Origin: an uncultured Chloroflexia bacterium
Lineage (GTDB): Bacteria; Chloroflexota; Limnocylindria; Limnocylindrales; CSP1-4
NCBI GenBank assembly: GCA_963766735.1
Contig: CAVYBU010000003.1
Coordinates: forward strand, 160,001 to 224,000
Length of the DNA: 64,000 nucleotides
Direction: 5' to 3'
Each line of letters opens with the position of its first letter. The stretch's first letter is position 1. Of the stretch, positions 38,483 through 48,945 are shown piece after piece. Under the pieces are notes generated by a model. It was not told the DNA's origin and did not search any database. It saw nothing but the letters and a program-made list of their open reading frames with translations. The position numbers and the translations under genes are program-made.

Positions 38483-39334
38483 TCAGGGTGCCTTCGGGCT
38501 CACGGCGCGGCAGCGCTCCCGGAGCGGGCAGATCTCGTGGGTGGGGTTCTGCGCGTGGCACATCTTCCGGCCGTGATGGATCAGCAGGACGTGCGCGGCG
38601 TACATCTCGTCCGGCTCCAGGATCCCCAGGAACAGGTCGTGGGCCTGGTCCGCGGAAGCCTTCTCCGGGATCAGCCCGATCCGCTTCGACACGCGCTCCA
38701 CGTGCCGGTCCACGGCCATCACGGGAGCGCCGAAGCAGAACGCGAGCACGATCGAGGCCGTCTTCTTGCCGATCCCGTCGATGGCGGTCAGCCAGTCCCG
38801 GGCCTCCAGGGCCGGCATGTCACCCAGGAACTCCAGCGAGTAGTCCCCACGCTGCTCGCGGATGTAGCGGAGCGTGGCCTGCAGGCGGGGTGCCTTCTGC
38901 GGCGCGAGGCCGCCGGGCCGGATGACGTCGACCAGCTGGGGCAGCGGGGCGTGCTCCACGGCGGTCCAGTCGGGCGGCGGTGCAACAGACAGGCCGTCCC
39001 CGCCCCAGCCGATGCCGTGGGCGTGGATCTCGGGCGCCAGGTCGCTGGGGTAGGCCGCGCGCAGCGCCTCGTAGGCCTTCTCCGCGTTCACGTCCGCGGT
39101 GTTCTGGGTGAGGATCGTGAGGATCAGCTCGCTCGTGGGATCCAGGCGCGAGCTCCAGCGCTGCTCGCCGTATGTGGCCGTGAGCCCGTCCAGCACGAAG
39201 CGCTGGAGCCCCGGGCGGTAGCGGCGCAGGTAGCTCGCCCAGTGCCTGACCGGGTCCGCGGGTTTCCGGGCGGGCGACCTTCTGGCGGGCTTCTTCCCGG
39301 CGGGTTTCGTCCCGCCGGGCCGTGTCGAGGTCAC
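38483..39334 (-). CDS. Endonuclease III-like HhH-GPD DNA glycosylase
   Basis: ILTILTQNT, IDGIGKKTA, AVDRHVERV and C-terminal Fe-S motif. Confidence 0.88.
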   Translation of the reverse strand: MTSTRPGGTKPAGKKPARRSPARKPADPVRHWASYLRRYRPGLQRFVLDGLTATYGEQRWSSRLDPTSELILTILTQNTADVNAEKAYEALRAAYPSDLAPEIHAHGIGWGGDGLSVAPPPDWTAVEHAPLPQLVDVIRPGGLAPQKAPRLQATLRYIREQRGDYSLEFLGDMPALEARDWLTAIDGIGKKTASIVLAFCFGAPVMAVDRHVERVSKRIGLIPEKASADQAHDLFLGILEPDEMYAAHVLLIHHGRKMCHAQNPTHEICPLRERCRAVSPKAP

Positions 39335-39717
39335 CAGATCGTCTCGACGTCGTAGAGGTTCAGCAGCGGGTCCGCGGTGATGATGGGCACATCCTCGACC
39401 TGTCCCTGGGCGACGAGCAGCCGATCGAATGGGTCGCCGTGATGACGGGGCAGCGCACCGGCCCGGAGGGCGTGGTCGAGTTCAACCGACAGCACGGCGA
39501 ATCCGTGGTCCCGGATCCGCTCTGGGACGTAGGTCTCCGCCGGTCCCTCCAGCTCCAGGCGTCCCGTCGCGCTCTTGATGGCGATCTCCCACGCCGACGC
39601 GACGCTCACGAGCACCTCGGAATCCCGATCCGCGATCACCGCGCGGGCGCGGGACGTGAGCCGGTCCGCGCCCGAGATCCACCAGAGGAAGGCCTGTGTG
39701 TCGAGCAGGACCCTCAC
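39331..39717 (-). CDS. vapC: Type II TA toxin, PIN domain (VapC family)
   Basis: LLDTQAFLW, SVASAWEIAIK, HGDPFDRLLVAQ and ITAD motifs. Confidence 0.93.
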   Translation of the reverse strand: MRVLLDTQAFLWWISGADRLTSRARAVIADRDSEVLVSVASAWEIAIKSATGRLELEGPAETYVPERIRDHGFAVLSVELDHALRAGALPRHHGDPFDRLLVAQGQVEDVPIITADPLLNLYDVETIW

Positions 39718-39962
39718 CGCGAGACCTCGGGCGACAGGTCGGCGGCCCCGAGGTACTCCGCGAACTCCGGCAGCGGATCGTCGAAGTCATCGTGGATGAT
39801 GACCCGGTCGTGCCCCGGCGTACGCGGCGGCGGCGCGTCGATCGCCTGGAGGACGGCGATGGGCCGACCAGCCCGTGCGATCACGATCCGTTCGCCTCGT
39901 TCGGCTCGCTCGAGGAGGCGCGAGAGGTGGGTCTTTGCCTCGTGGACGTTCACAACCGTCAT
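39714..39962 (-). CDS. Type II TA antitoxin, Phd/YefM family
   Basis: VNVHEAKTHLSRLLERAERGERIVIARAGRP. Confidence 0.92.
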   Translation of the reverse strand: MTVVNVHEAKTHLSRLLERAERGERIVIARAGRPIAVLQAIDAPPPRTPGHDRVIIHDDFDDPLPEFAEYLGAADLSPEVSR

Positions 39963-39972
39963 GCCGCCATTG

Positions 39973-39998
39973 TGACTTAGTCCAATTGACTTAGTCAA
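39973..39998. promoter_or_regulatory. TA autoregulatory operator: two near-palindromic TGACTTAGTC boxes
   Basis: TGACTTAGTC (39973-39982) and TTGACTTAGTCAA (39986-39998) directly upstream of the antitoxin. Confidence 0.75.
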
Positions 39999-41137
39999 TA
40001 CGCACCCTCAACCGCCGCGGTCCTCCCCAGCGACACCAGCCGCGCGATCCGTTCCCCGCAGCGCTCGAGCGGCGCGCCGCCGGCGGCCATTGCCTGCTCC
40101 ACGGTCTGCGGCCCTTCGCTCACCGGTACCACCGTCACGCCGATGGAGCCGAGCGCCTCGATCCCCTCCTGGGTCACGCCGCCGCCGACGGCGATGCACG
40201 GAACTCCCGCCGCCCGCGCGCGCATCGCCACTCCCTTGGCGGTCTTGCCGAACGCGGTCTGCGCGTCGATCCGCCCCTCGCCGGTGATGACGAGATCGGC
40301 GATCCCCAGGGCAAGGTCGAAGCCGGCCTCCGCCATGACCAGGTCGATGCCGGGTTCCAGGCTGAGCGAGGCGAGGCGATCGGCCAGGCACAGGAGCCCG
40401 AACCCGAGCCCGCCCGCGGCCCCGGCGCCGGGGGTCTCGCGCTCGCGGCGGCCGGCGGCGGCCTCCAGGGCGTCGGCGAAACGGGCGAGACGGGCGTCCA
40501 GGGCGGCGACCAGCTCGGGCGTCGCGCCCTTCTGCGGCCCGTAGACCGCCGCCGCCCCATCCGGCCCGAGGAGGGGGTTGGAGACGTCGCAGGCGATTCG
40601 CAGGCTCGTCTCCGCCAGGCGCGGGTCCAGGCCGGCCAGGTCGATGGCCTGCAGGTCATCATCGACCGTGGCACCCAGCGCGCGGAGGAGTCCTGCGCCG
40701 CCGTCCGTGGTGGCGCTGCCGCCGATGCCGAGGGCGATCGCCCGGATCCCCGCGTCCAGGGCGGCGAGGACCAGGTCGCCGGTGCCGATCGTCGTGGCGT
40801 TCCCGGCGTCGCGCTCCGCGGCGGTCAACCGCGACAGGCCGGATGCGGCGGCCATCTCGATCACGGCGGCACGGCCGTCGTCCCGCGCCAGCCACCGGGC
40901 GCGGATCGGACGGCCGAGGGCATCGCGGGCGATCGTCTCGCGCCACTGCCAGCCGCCAGCCGCCTCGACCGCCACGAGCGTCCCTTCACCACCGTCCGCC
41001 AGCGGGGCCAGGCGAACCTCATCGCCCGGGCGGGCGCGGTTCCAGCCCGCCGCAAGGGCGCGCGCGACCTCCACGCTGGTCAGGCTGCCCTTGAACGAGT
41101 CAGGCGCGACGAGGACGCGCAGCGGTTCATCCCTCAT
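39995..41137 (-). CDS. Glycerate kinase (GlxK/GarK family)
   Basis: APDSFKGSL, PLADGGEGT, GIGGSATTDGGAG, VYGPQKGA, GAAGGLG and ITGEGRID motifs. Confidence 0.92.
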   Translation of the reverse strand: MRDEPLRVLVAPDSFKGSLTSVEVARALAAGWNRARPGDEVRLAPLADGGEGTLVAVEAAGGWQWRETIARDALGRPIRARWLARDDGRAAVIEMAAASGLSRLTAAERDAGNATTIGTGDLVLAALDAGIRAIALGIGGSATTDGGAGLLRALGATVDDDLQAIDLAGLDPRLAETSLRIACDVSNPLLGPDGAAAVYGPQKGATPELVAALDARLARFADALEAAAGRRERETPGAGAAGGLGFGLLCLADRLASLSLEPGIDLVMAEAGFDLALGIADLVITGEGRIDAQTAFGKTAKGVAMRARAAGVPCIAVGGGVTQEGIEALGSIGVTVVPVSEGPQTVEQAMAAGGAPLERCGERIARLVSLGRTAAVEGAY

Positions 41138-41164
41138 GCCTGCACCACGCACGCTTGGCGAGTC

Positions 41165-43096
41165 CTAGCTGTCCGAGAGCGGATCCGGCTCCGGCACGAG
41201 CTGCGTGCGACGCCTCTCCGCGTACTCCGGGATGCGGATCATCGGCGGGCGCTCGTTGTCGGCCACCTCCTGGACCTCCAGCGAGAGGCGGCCACGCCCG
41301 GAGCGAGGCAGCTTCATCGTGGAGCCCAGCTCTGCGAACAGGCGCACGCGGCGACGCTCCTCCAGCCGCTTCATGACCGCCTGGAGGATCACGAACGACA
41401 TCCGCGACAGGCCCTCGAGCTCCTGGTTCCGGTGGATCCGGCGCTCCAGGTCCACCTGTCCCAGCCCGGCCAGGCCGACGCGCTCGGCGGCATCGATCAG
41501 GTGGCCCATCTCGACCGCGTACCCGGTGAAGAACGGGATCTGCTCCAGCAGGGATCGCCGTCCCGCGTACTCGCCGGCAAGCGGCTGGATCACCCCGGAC
41601 AGTTCCGGGAAGAACAGGTTGATGAGCGGCCGCGCGACCAGTTCCGTGACGCGTCCGCCGCCGCCCTCCTTGAGGACGCCACGCTCGACGATCGGGCGCT
41701 GGTAGTAGCCCTTCACATACTGGAGCCGCGGTTCCACCAGGAGGGGTCCGAGCGTCCCGTACACCATCCGGTGATGCCAGTTGCGCACGTCGGTGTCCGC
41801 CCAGACCACGATGTCGCCGGACGTCTCGAAGAGGGACTTCCAGAGCGCCTCGCCCTTGCCCTGATAGGAGCCGTACCGGGCGAGGACGTCAGGGTGCTGA
41901 ACCACGCGCGCGCCCTCGGCCTCGGCGATGGCGCGGGTGTCGTCGGAGGAGGCGGAGTCGATGACGAGGATCTCGTCCAGCAGCGGGTACCGCTCCTGCA
42001 TCTCGCGGATGGCCCGGCGGACGATGGGGCCGATCGTCTCGGCCTCGTCGAGGGTCGGCAGCACGAGGCTGATCGTGATGCCCTGCTTCTCCTTGAGCGC
42101 CGTCAGGCGGGCCAGGTCAGCAAATTCGCTGTGGTGGAAGTTGGCCTCAGCGAACCAGCGCTCGACGCGGGCGGGGATGGCCCGCGATTCCTCGGCGGCG
42201 CGGTCGGCCGCGGCGAGGGTCTCGGCGCGCTGGGCCAGCTGCTCGAACGTCTGGCGTCCGATCGACTCCCTCGTCTTGACGACGATGACCGTCGACTTCG
42301 CGCGCTGGGCAATGGCCTCCGGCAGGGCCCCGAACAGCGATGTGCCCGGCTCACCCGGTGGTGCCGACGCGCCCATGACCACCAGGTCCGCGTCGTCCGC
42401 CTCGCGGAGGATCGCGGTCCGGACGTTCCGGGTCTCGCGCAGGATCGGCTCGGAGCGGGCGGTCACGTGCTGGCGGGCGAACGCGGCGAGCGCGTGCTCC
42501 GCCTGGGCGCGGACGGGTTCGGTCACGCCAGCCGGCACCAGGTGCATGACAACGACCGTGGCACCGTGCCGGTTCGCCAGGGCGTCCGCGAACCGCAGCG
42601 CCAGCTCCGCGTGGGGGCCGCCCCGGACGGGCACCAGGATCCGGCGGATCTGCCCGGCTCCCCGCTGCTTGACGACGGCGACGTCGCACGGGGACTCGCG
42701 GACCACCTCGTCGATGGTTGGCGAGATGGCCGGCGTGCCGCTCTCCCGGCCGGATCCGGACTTGCCGCCCCAGCCGAAGATCATGAGGTCGGCTTCCTGC
42801 TCGGCCGCCGCCTCCACGATCCCCGCGGACGCGTGGCGCCCGATCCGCACCAGGGGGTGGATGATGGTCCCCTCGGGGACGTAGTCCAGGACCTTCTGAA
42901 GGAGGCGGCGCGCCTGCCGCGCCCGCGTGGCGCCCTCGGAGAGCGGCATCCCCTCCGGCACCTCCACGATGCCGAGCGCCGTGAGTTCGCCGGTCTTCGA
43001 TTCCAGCAGGGACGCGCCGATCCGGATCAGCTCCTCCGCGGTGAGCGGGTTGGCGACCGGGATGAGGATTCGTGCCGGCAGCGGCGGACCGCTCAT
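41165..43096 (-). CDS. gpgS: Glucosyl-3-phosphoglycerate synthase fused to two N-terminal USP domains
   Basis: RILIPVANP and RILVPVRGGPH USP domains; ISLVLPTLDEAETIG, GKGEALWKSL, WADTD, GGGRVTELVARP, QPLAGEYAGRR and GYAVE. Confidence 0.85.
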   Translation of the reverse strand: MSGPPLPARILIPVANPLTAEELIRIGASLLESKTGELTALGIVEVPEGMPLSEGATRARQARRLLQKVLDYVPEGTIIHPLVRIGRHASAGIVEAAAEQEADLMIFGWGGKSGSGRESGTPAISPTIDEVVRESPCDVAVVKQRGAGQIRRILVPVRGGPHAELALRFADALANRHGATVVVMHLVPAGVTEPVRAQAEHALAAFARQHVTARSEPILRETRNVRTAILREADDADLVVMGASAPPGEPGTSLFGALPEAIAQRAKSTVIVVKTRESIGRQTFEQLAQRAETLAAADRAAEESRAIPARVERWFAEANFHHSEFADLARLTALKEKQGITISLVLPTLDEAETIGPIVRRAIREMQERYPLLDEILVIDSASSDDTRAIAEAEGARVVQHPDVLARYGSYQGKGEALWKSLFETSGDIVVWADTDVRNWHHRMVYGTLGPLLVEPRLQYVKGYYQRPIVERGVLKEGGGGRVTELVARPLINLFFPELSGVIQPLAGEYAGRRSLLEQIPFFTGYAVEMGHLIDAAERVGLAGLGQVDLERRIHRNQELEGLSRMSFVILQAVMKRLEERRRVRLFAELGSTMKLPRSGRGRLSLEVQEVADNERPPMIRIPEYAERRRTQLVPEPDPLSDS

Positions 43097-44499
43097 TGGA
43101 GCTTCTCCTCGTGCGCTGCCGTCTCCTCGGCCACGAGCGCGGCCCATCGCTCCACGAGATACGGCTTGAGCAGCTCGAACTCGCGTGCCTGGTGCTCCAC
43201 ACGCTCCTCGGCGTCGGTCGTCGTCAGGTTGCGGTTCTCGATCACGAAGCTGCCGACGCGGCCGAAGTAGATCGGAACGAGCGCCGCCACGAGCTGCGCG
43301 GTGCCAAGGATCCCGCGCCGCGTCGCGAGCACCAGGTCGTAGACCACCCGCGCCCACAGGTCGTCGGGGAAGTGGAAGCTCGCCAGCGCCTCGGCCATCT
43401 CCAGCGTGCTCGGATGCGCCGTGGCGCCCTCGCCGCCCAGACCCAGGCGCCGCGAGGCCAGGTCGACCAGCGTGCCGGCCTCCTCCGCCAGCGCCAGCAC
43501 GGCCTCCGCGTTCAGCGGGTCCAGCATGCGCCGCCAGGTATCGGCCAGGACAAGTGAGCCGGCCTCCAGCTCCGAGAGCAGGCGGATCGCGTTCACCTCG
43601 AGCGGCGGCGGATCGATGATCCGCTCGAAGCCGTAGGCGGGCACCTCGTGGCTGCCGCGCACGTGGAACCACGAGTCGGGGTGGTCGGAGGCGAGGCGCA
43701 GGATCGTGCCCACCACCTGGCGGAACATCGGCCCCAGGTCGGAGCCCGGGTCCTTGGGATCGTGGATCTTTGCCCCGAGCCGCGCCTGGCAGACCGCATA
43801 GCCTCCGGTGAGGGCGGACGTGGTCATCCAGATGTCGATGCCGAACTTGCTGATGTCCTCGGTCCAGTCATCCAGCTCGAGGTAGTGACGGACGAGGTCC
43901 CCGCTGACGCCGAAGTCACCGCCGATCGGCTGGCGGATACGGTGTCCATAGAGGGCGCGGGTCAGCGGATACGTGACCGTGTTGGTGATCGTGCCGTCGT
44001 ACTTGTAGCGGGCGTAGAGCGGGGTGACGTAGTCGTAGCCGCCCTTGAGGATCGGGCCGGCCAGCAACTCGATCCACTCGGGGACGATGCTGCGCAGGTC
44101 GCTATCAACCACGACCAGCGCCTTGACCTCCAGCGCGGCCGCGATCTCGAAGATCGTCCTGAGCGCGGCGCCCTTGCCGCCGACCCCGCCGATCTCCGGG
44201 TAGGTGAGCGTGACGCGGTCGAGGCGGTTGACCGGCCGGACGAGGAGGATCGACTCCACGTAGTCGGGCGGCTCCGTCTCGATGACGACGCGCTGGGTGC
44301 CGTCGGACGAGCCTGCGTCCGAGTTCACCAGAACCGGCTTGAGATCCGGGAAGTACTGGACCAGCCCTGCGTGCGCCGCGCGGACCACGTAGCCGATGGT
44401 CGCGGCGTTCTTGAAGCTCGGGATGCCGACCATGATGTCGGCACGGCCGAGGCGGGCGATCTCGTTCCGGATTGCGGGCGTCAGGGTGGATTCGGGCAC
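43093..44499 (-). CDS. Glycosyltransferase, glucosylglycerate synthase (Ggs)/mannosylglycerate synthase-like
   Basis: VGIPSFKNAATI, GKGAALR, VDSDLRSI, YDGTITN, RQPIGGDFG, FGIDIWMT and KIHDPKDP. Confidence 0.8.
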   Translation of the reverse strand: MPESTLTPAIRNEIARLGRADIMVGIPSFKNAATIGYVVRAAHAGLVQYFPDLKPVLVNSDAGSSDGTQRVVIETEPPDYVESILLVRPVNRLDRVTLTYPEIGGVGGKGAALRTIFEIAAALEVKALVVVDSDLRSIVPEWIELLAGPILKGGYDYVTPLYARYKYDGTITNTVTYPLTRALYGHRIRQPIGGDFGVSGDLVRHYLELDDWTEDISKFGIDIWMTTSALTGGYAVCQARLGAKIHDPKDPGSDLGPMFRQVVGTILRLASDHPDSWFHVRGSHEVPAYGFERIIDPPPLEVNAIRLLSELEAGSLVLADTWRRMLDPLNAEAVLALAEEAGTLVDLASRRLGLGGEGATAHPSTLEMAEALASFHFPDDLWARVVYDLVLATRRGILGTAQLVAALVPIYFGRVGSFVIENRNLTTTDAEERVEHQAREFELLKPYLVERWAALVAEETAAHEEKLQ

Positions 44500-44680
44500 A
44501 CCGCGACCCTACCACCATCGGGAAGGCCCGGCCCGTTGCACCCCCGATGCGAAGTGCCGGCCCAGCGCGTCGCGCGCCTCCGTGCCGAACCGCCCGATCC
44601 AGGGCCCGTCTACCGCCTATGATCCCGCGCATCGCGGGCCGGCTCCGGACCCGGGGATATCCGAACGTGAGGCACTGCTG

Positions 44681-46037
44681 ATGGCGGCGATCCCGCAGGC
44701 CGATCCCAACCTCAGGAAGGTCGCCCAGGGCTCCTGGACGCTCTACGACTTTGCGAACACCATCTTCTCGTTCGCGGTCGTGTCCGGCGCGATCGGGCTG
44801 TACCTGATCAAGGACAGCCAGTTCGGCGAGCGTGACGGCAACGTCGCGCTGTCGATCGCGATCGTCATCAGCGTCGGGATCAACGCGCTGGTGTCGCCGA
44901 TCCTGGGGGCATTCTCCGATCGCGGCGGGCGGCGGATGCCGTTCCTCCTGTTCTTCACCGCCCTGTGCATCGGCGGCACGTTCTTCATCGCGGACGTGCC
45001 GCCGATCGTCGGCCTCGATCCTGTTCATCGTCGCCAACTTCGCCTACCAGGCAGCCCTCATCTACTACGACGCGACCCTGAAGACCGTGAGCACGCCGAG
45101 CACCCGCGGCAGGCTGTCGGGTATCGGGACCGGGATCGGCTACTGCGGGACGGTCTTCGTGGGGTTGCTCATCTTCTTCCTGGACATCCCGGTCGAGGAC
45201 CGCTTCCGGTGGACCGCAATCCTGTTCCTGGTGTTCGCCATCCCGATCTTCCTGTTCGTGAAGGAGCCTCACCGGCCGGACGAGCAGCCGCTGACCCGCG
45301 CCGACGTTGCCGACTCCTTCGGCCAGCTCAAGCGCTCGATCGCGGACGCGCGCGAGGTGCCGGGCCTGTGGCGGTTCCTGATCGGGCGCTTCTTCTACTC
45401 GGACGCGGTCAACACGGTCATCGTCGTCATGAGCGTCGTGGTCGTGAAGACGATGGGCCTGACCGATGCCAACGCCAACATGGTGCTGCTGATGCTCACG
45501 TTCGTCGCGATCGGAATGAGCTTCGTGTGGGGCTGGCTGGCCGACCGAAAAGGCCCGAAGCGGACGCTTGTCTGGGTGCTCATCTCGTGGGCGATCGGCC
45601 TCGTGCTCGGCGGCGTCGCGATCGGTTTCGGCAAGGACGGGCTGGTGCCATTCCTCATCGCGGGGGCCATTCTCGGCAGCGGGCTGGGCGGGGTGCAGGT
45701 CGCGGACCGGGTCCTGATGGTCCGCCTGTCGCCCCCCGACAAGATCGGTGAGTTCTTCGGGATCTACGGGCTGGTCGGCAAGGGGTCGCAGGTCATCGGG
45801 CAATTGGTGTACGGGGCGCTCATCTTCCTGCTGGTGGACACCATCGGCAACGGCGCCTACCAGGTCGCCGTCCTGAGCCTCCTGGTCACGATGCTGATCG
45901 GCCTGTGGCTGGTCTGGCCGGTGAGCGACCGCTGGGCGGGCTCGGGCGAGGTGGACGGCGGCGAGGGCGGCGGTGCCTCGGGCGCGCCCCCTCCGCGCCT
46001 GGCACCGGACCGCGCCCCGCTGGAGGACCGGGGCTAG
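44681..46037 (+). CDS. MFS transporter, UMF1/ATG22-like (frameshift near 45015)
   Basis: SWTLYDFANTIFS, ILGAFSDRGG, GRLSGIG and GEFFGIYGLVGK across two frames. Confidence 0.85.
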
Positions 46038-47050
46038 TCTCCGTAGCCGTCCGGGTGTGCTCGGCGCCACGCCCAGGCTGACGAGAGCATCTCGTTCAGG
46101 GTGGAGCGCCGTGGCTGCCAGCCAAGGATCTCGGCCGCCCGCGCGTTGGACGCGACCAGAACCGGCGGGTCTCCGGCCCGGCGTGGGCCGACGGTGTGTG
46201 GGATCGGCCGGCCGACGACCATCTCCGCGGCCTGGAGGACATCGCGAACCGAGAAGCCGCTGGCCGTGCCCAGGTTGCAGATGAGCGGCGATGCGGGCGC
46301 GCCGCCGCCGACGGGACCGGTCCGCGGATCGTCGGGCGCCGTCGCCTCCAGGGCCGCGAGGTGGGCATCAGCCAGGTCCGATACGTGTATGTAGTCGCGG
46401 ATCGGGGTGCCGTCCGGGGTGGGGTAGTCCTCGCCGAACAGCGTCAGTGCGGGCCCACCATCTGCCGCACGCAGCATGTTGGGGATCAGGTGCGTCTCGG
46501 GCCGGTGGATCTCGCCCAGGCGCCCCGTGGCCCCCGCCACGTTGAAGTAGCGCAGGATCACGGACCGGAACCCGTACGCACCTCCATACCAGTGGAGCGC
46601 GCCCTCGAACGTGCGCTTGGTCTCGCCGTAGGTGTTGATCGGGCGAAGGGCCGCGTCCTCGGGGATGGGTGTGGACTCCGGGGTGCCGTAGACGGCGGCG
46701 GTGGACGAGAAGACGATGCGCCGCACGCCGGCCGCCCGGGCTGCCTCCAGGAGAGCCACGCCACCGGCGACGTTGTCGCGGTAGTACCTGGCCGGGTCCT
46801 GCACGCTCTCCCCGACGAGGGAACGGGCGGCGCAATGGAGGATCGCGTCCACGCCTTCCGTCTCCAGCAGGGTTCGGGTGGCGGCATCGTCTCCATACGA
46901 GCCTGTCACCAGGCGGGCGGCAGGGTTGACGATCGCGGCGTGGCCGGTGGACAGGTCGTCCAGGACGACGACGTCGTGGCCGGCGGCGAGGATGGCGTCC
47001 ACGGAGACTCCGCCGACGTAGCCGGCGCCGCCGGTGACCAGGATCTTCAA
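46034..47050 (-). CDS. galE: UDP-glucose 4-epimerase
   Basis: [39 protein letters not shown] and [10 protein letters not shown]. Confidence 0.92.
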   Translation of the reverse strand: MKILVTGGAGYVGGVSVDAILAAGHDVVVLDDLSTGHAAIVNPAARLVTGSYGDDAATRTLLETEGVDAILHCAARSLVGESVQDPARYYRDNVAGGVALLEAARAAGVRRIVFSSTAAVYGTPESTPIPEDAALRPINTYGETKRTFEGALHWYGGAYGFRSVILRYFNVAGATGRLGEIHRPETHLIPNMLRAADGGPALTLFGEDYPTPDGTPIRDYIHVSDLADAHLAALEATAPDDPRTGPVGGGAPASPLICNLGTASGFSVRDVLQAAEMVVGRPIPHTVGPRRAGDPPVLVASNARAAEILGWQPRRSTLNEMLSSAWAWRRAHPDGYGD

Positions 47051-47538
47051 GGGCTTCTCCTTCGAAACAGGCGGTCGAGGACGCCGCGGCCGGGCGTCGG
47101 GAGTTCGGCGTCGGTTGTCTCGGCTGCGGTCGTCTCGGCTGCGGTTGTCACGGCGTCGGTTGCCGCCCCCTCGGGATCGGCCCCGCCGGGATCAGCCTCC
47201 TCGGGGTCGGCTCCCTCGGGAGCAGCATCGACCGTCCTGGCGTCATGGATCGACCGGTCGGCCGTCGGGGGCAGCGCCTCACCGCGGTAGGTGAGCACCT
47301 CCTCCAGGCGGACGGCCAGCCGGGATGCCGCCACGTTCTCCGGGTCGATCGCGAGGGCACGCCGCGCCTCCCGGAGCGCGCCGGCGTCGTCCGCTCGTTC
47401 GAGCGCCACCCGCGCCAGCCCGACGACCGCGATGGAGTTCCGCGGGTCGGCATCTGACGCCTGCCGGTACAGCCGCTCGGCCTGGTCCACCATTCCCATC
47501 GTCAGGGCCCGCTCCGCCTGGAGCAGCAGCTCGATCAC
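47047..47538 (-). CDS. Tetratricopeptide repeat protein with acidic low-complexity tail
   Basis: [27 protein letters not shown]...RALAIDPEN; GTGA overlap with cca. Confidence 0.75.
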   Translation of the reverse strand: MIELLLQAERALTMGMVDQAERLYRQASDADPRNSIAVVGLARVALERADDAGALREARRALAIDPENVAASRLAVRLEEVLTYRGEALPPTADRSIHDARTVDAAPEGADPEEADPGGADPEGAATDAVTTAAETTAAETTDAELPTPGRGVLDRLFRRRSP

Positions 47539-48941
47539 TCGTCCCCCGTGTCCGTATACATGTCCGCAAGCATGCCCTGCGCGAGGAGCAGGAGCGAGCC
47601 GCGCTCGTTGAGGGCAGGGTCCGCGATCACCGCGTCCACCAGCGCGTCGATGACCCGGCCGAGACGAGGTCCGGGGACGAGATCCAGCTCGCGGATGAGG
47701 TCCTTGCCGTCGATCGCCAGGGCGTAGCGGTCCAGCGCGGCCTCCGCCGCGAGCTCCGCGTCGATGCGGACCCGGAACGCGGTGATGTCCGGATCGTCCG
47801 GGGCCATCCCGCTGCCGATGTCGTCGGCCCGGCGGAGGGCGAACAGCGCGTCGAGGTCCGCCTTGCCGATCCGCTTGATGAACCGGCGGACGGCGGCGTC
47901 TGTCGCATGCGGGTCCACGGTGAACATGTGGTGACGGACGAGATGGGTGACCTCCTCGGCCGCCGTGCGCGGGAAGCGGAGGCGGCGGAGCAGCTCGCCC
48001 GCGAGGCGCGCGCCCACCACGTCGTGGTGGTGGAAGTGCCCGTCCGAGAGGGTGGCGGGCTTGCCGATGTCGTGGACAAGGGCAGCGATGCGGACGACAG
48101 GCCGGTCCGCGGGGCTTGCGTCCACCGTCCGCAGCGTGTGGTCCCACAGGTCCTCCCCCGGGACCTTGTTCTGGGAGATGCCCCGCTGGGCCGCCAGCTC
48201 CGTCGAGATCACCGCCAGCAGGCCGGTCTCCTCCGCCAGGCGCAGCCCGATGGACGGCTGCGGGGCCGCCAGCAGCTTGGCCAGCTCCGCGCCCACCCGC
48301 TCACCCGAGAGGTGTCCCGCGAGCGCGGCGCTGCGCGCAATGGATGCCAGGGTCGCAGCGTCTATCGCAAAGCCCAGGGTGGCCGCGAGCCGCACGGCCC
48401 GGACCATGCGCAGGGCGTCCTCCCCGAACCGCGCGTCCGGGTCACCCACCGCGCGGAGCCGGCCGGCAGCCAGGTCCGCCAGGCCTCCGAACGGGTCCAC
48501 GAGGGTGTTGGGACCCTCCTCGCCGACGGCGCGGCCCCAGGCCATCGCGTTCACGGTGAAGTCGCGCCGGGCGAGGTCCGTCTCGATCTGGTCGCCGAAC
48601 TCCACCCGGTGCGGGCGCCGGAAATCGGCGTAGTCGTGCTCCGTGCGGAAGGTCGTGATCTCGAACACGTCCTCGTCGCGGCGGACGGCGACGGTGCCGA
48701 AGCGGTTCTCGTAGACGGCGCCCGGGAACAGGGTGACCAGGCGGTCTGGACGAGCGTCGGTGGCCATGTCCCAGTCAGCCGGCGTCCGGCCGAGCAGGGC
48801 GTCCCTCAGGCTGCCGCCGACGATGAAGGCGGCGTGCCCCGCATCGTGGAGGATGCCGAGGACGGCAAGGGCGGGTTCCGGAACCGCGGCGGCGAGGCGT
48901 GCCGAGGCATCGGCCCGCGCACCGGGATCCGGGGAGGCCAC
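47535..48941 (-). CDS. cca: CCA tRNA nucleotidyltransferase with HD domain
   Basis: [43 protein letters not shown] and LVHDIGKP. Confidence 0.9.
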   Translation of the reverse strand: MASPDPGARADASARLAAAVPEPALAVLGILHDAGHAAFIVGGSLRDALLGRTPADWDMATDARPDRLVTLFPGAVYENRFGTVAVRRDEDVFEITTFRTEHDYADFRRPHRVEFGDQIETDLARRDFTVNAMAWGRAVGEEGPNTLVDPFGGLADLAAGRLRAVGDPDARFGEDALRMVRAVRLAATLGFAIDAATLASIARSAALAGHLSGERVGAELAKLLAAPQPSIGLRLAEETGLLAVISTELAAQRGISQNKVPGEDLWDHTLRTVDASPADRPVVRIAALVHDIGKPATLSDGHFHHHDVVGARLAGELLRRLRFPRTAAEEVTHLVRHHMFTVDPHATDAAVRRFIKRIGKADLDALFALRRADDIGSGMAPDDPDITAFRVRIDAELAAEAALDRYALAIDGKDLIRELDLVPGPRLGRVIDALVDAVIADPALNERGSLLLLAQGMLADMYTDTGDE

Positions 48942-48945
48942 GCGG

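Noticed and set aside
6807-46037. Frameshifts in yccA, sufU, histidine kinase, multicopper oxidase, secreted protein and MFS as pseudogenes or programmed frameshifts
   Set aside because: Motifs are intact on both sides, I saw no accumulation of in-frame stops, and indels are scattered across unrelated genes, often near G/C runs. This fits long-read consensus error; reads are needed to be sure.
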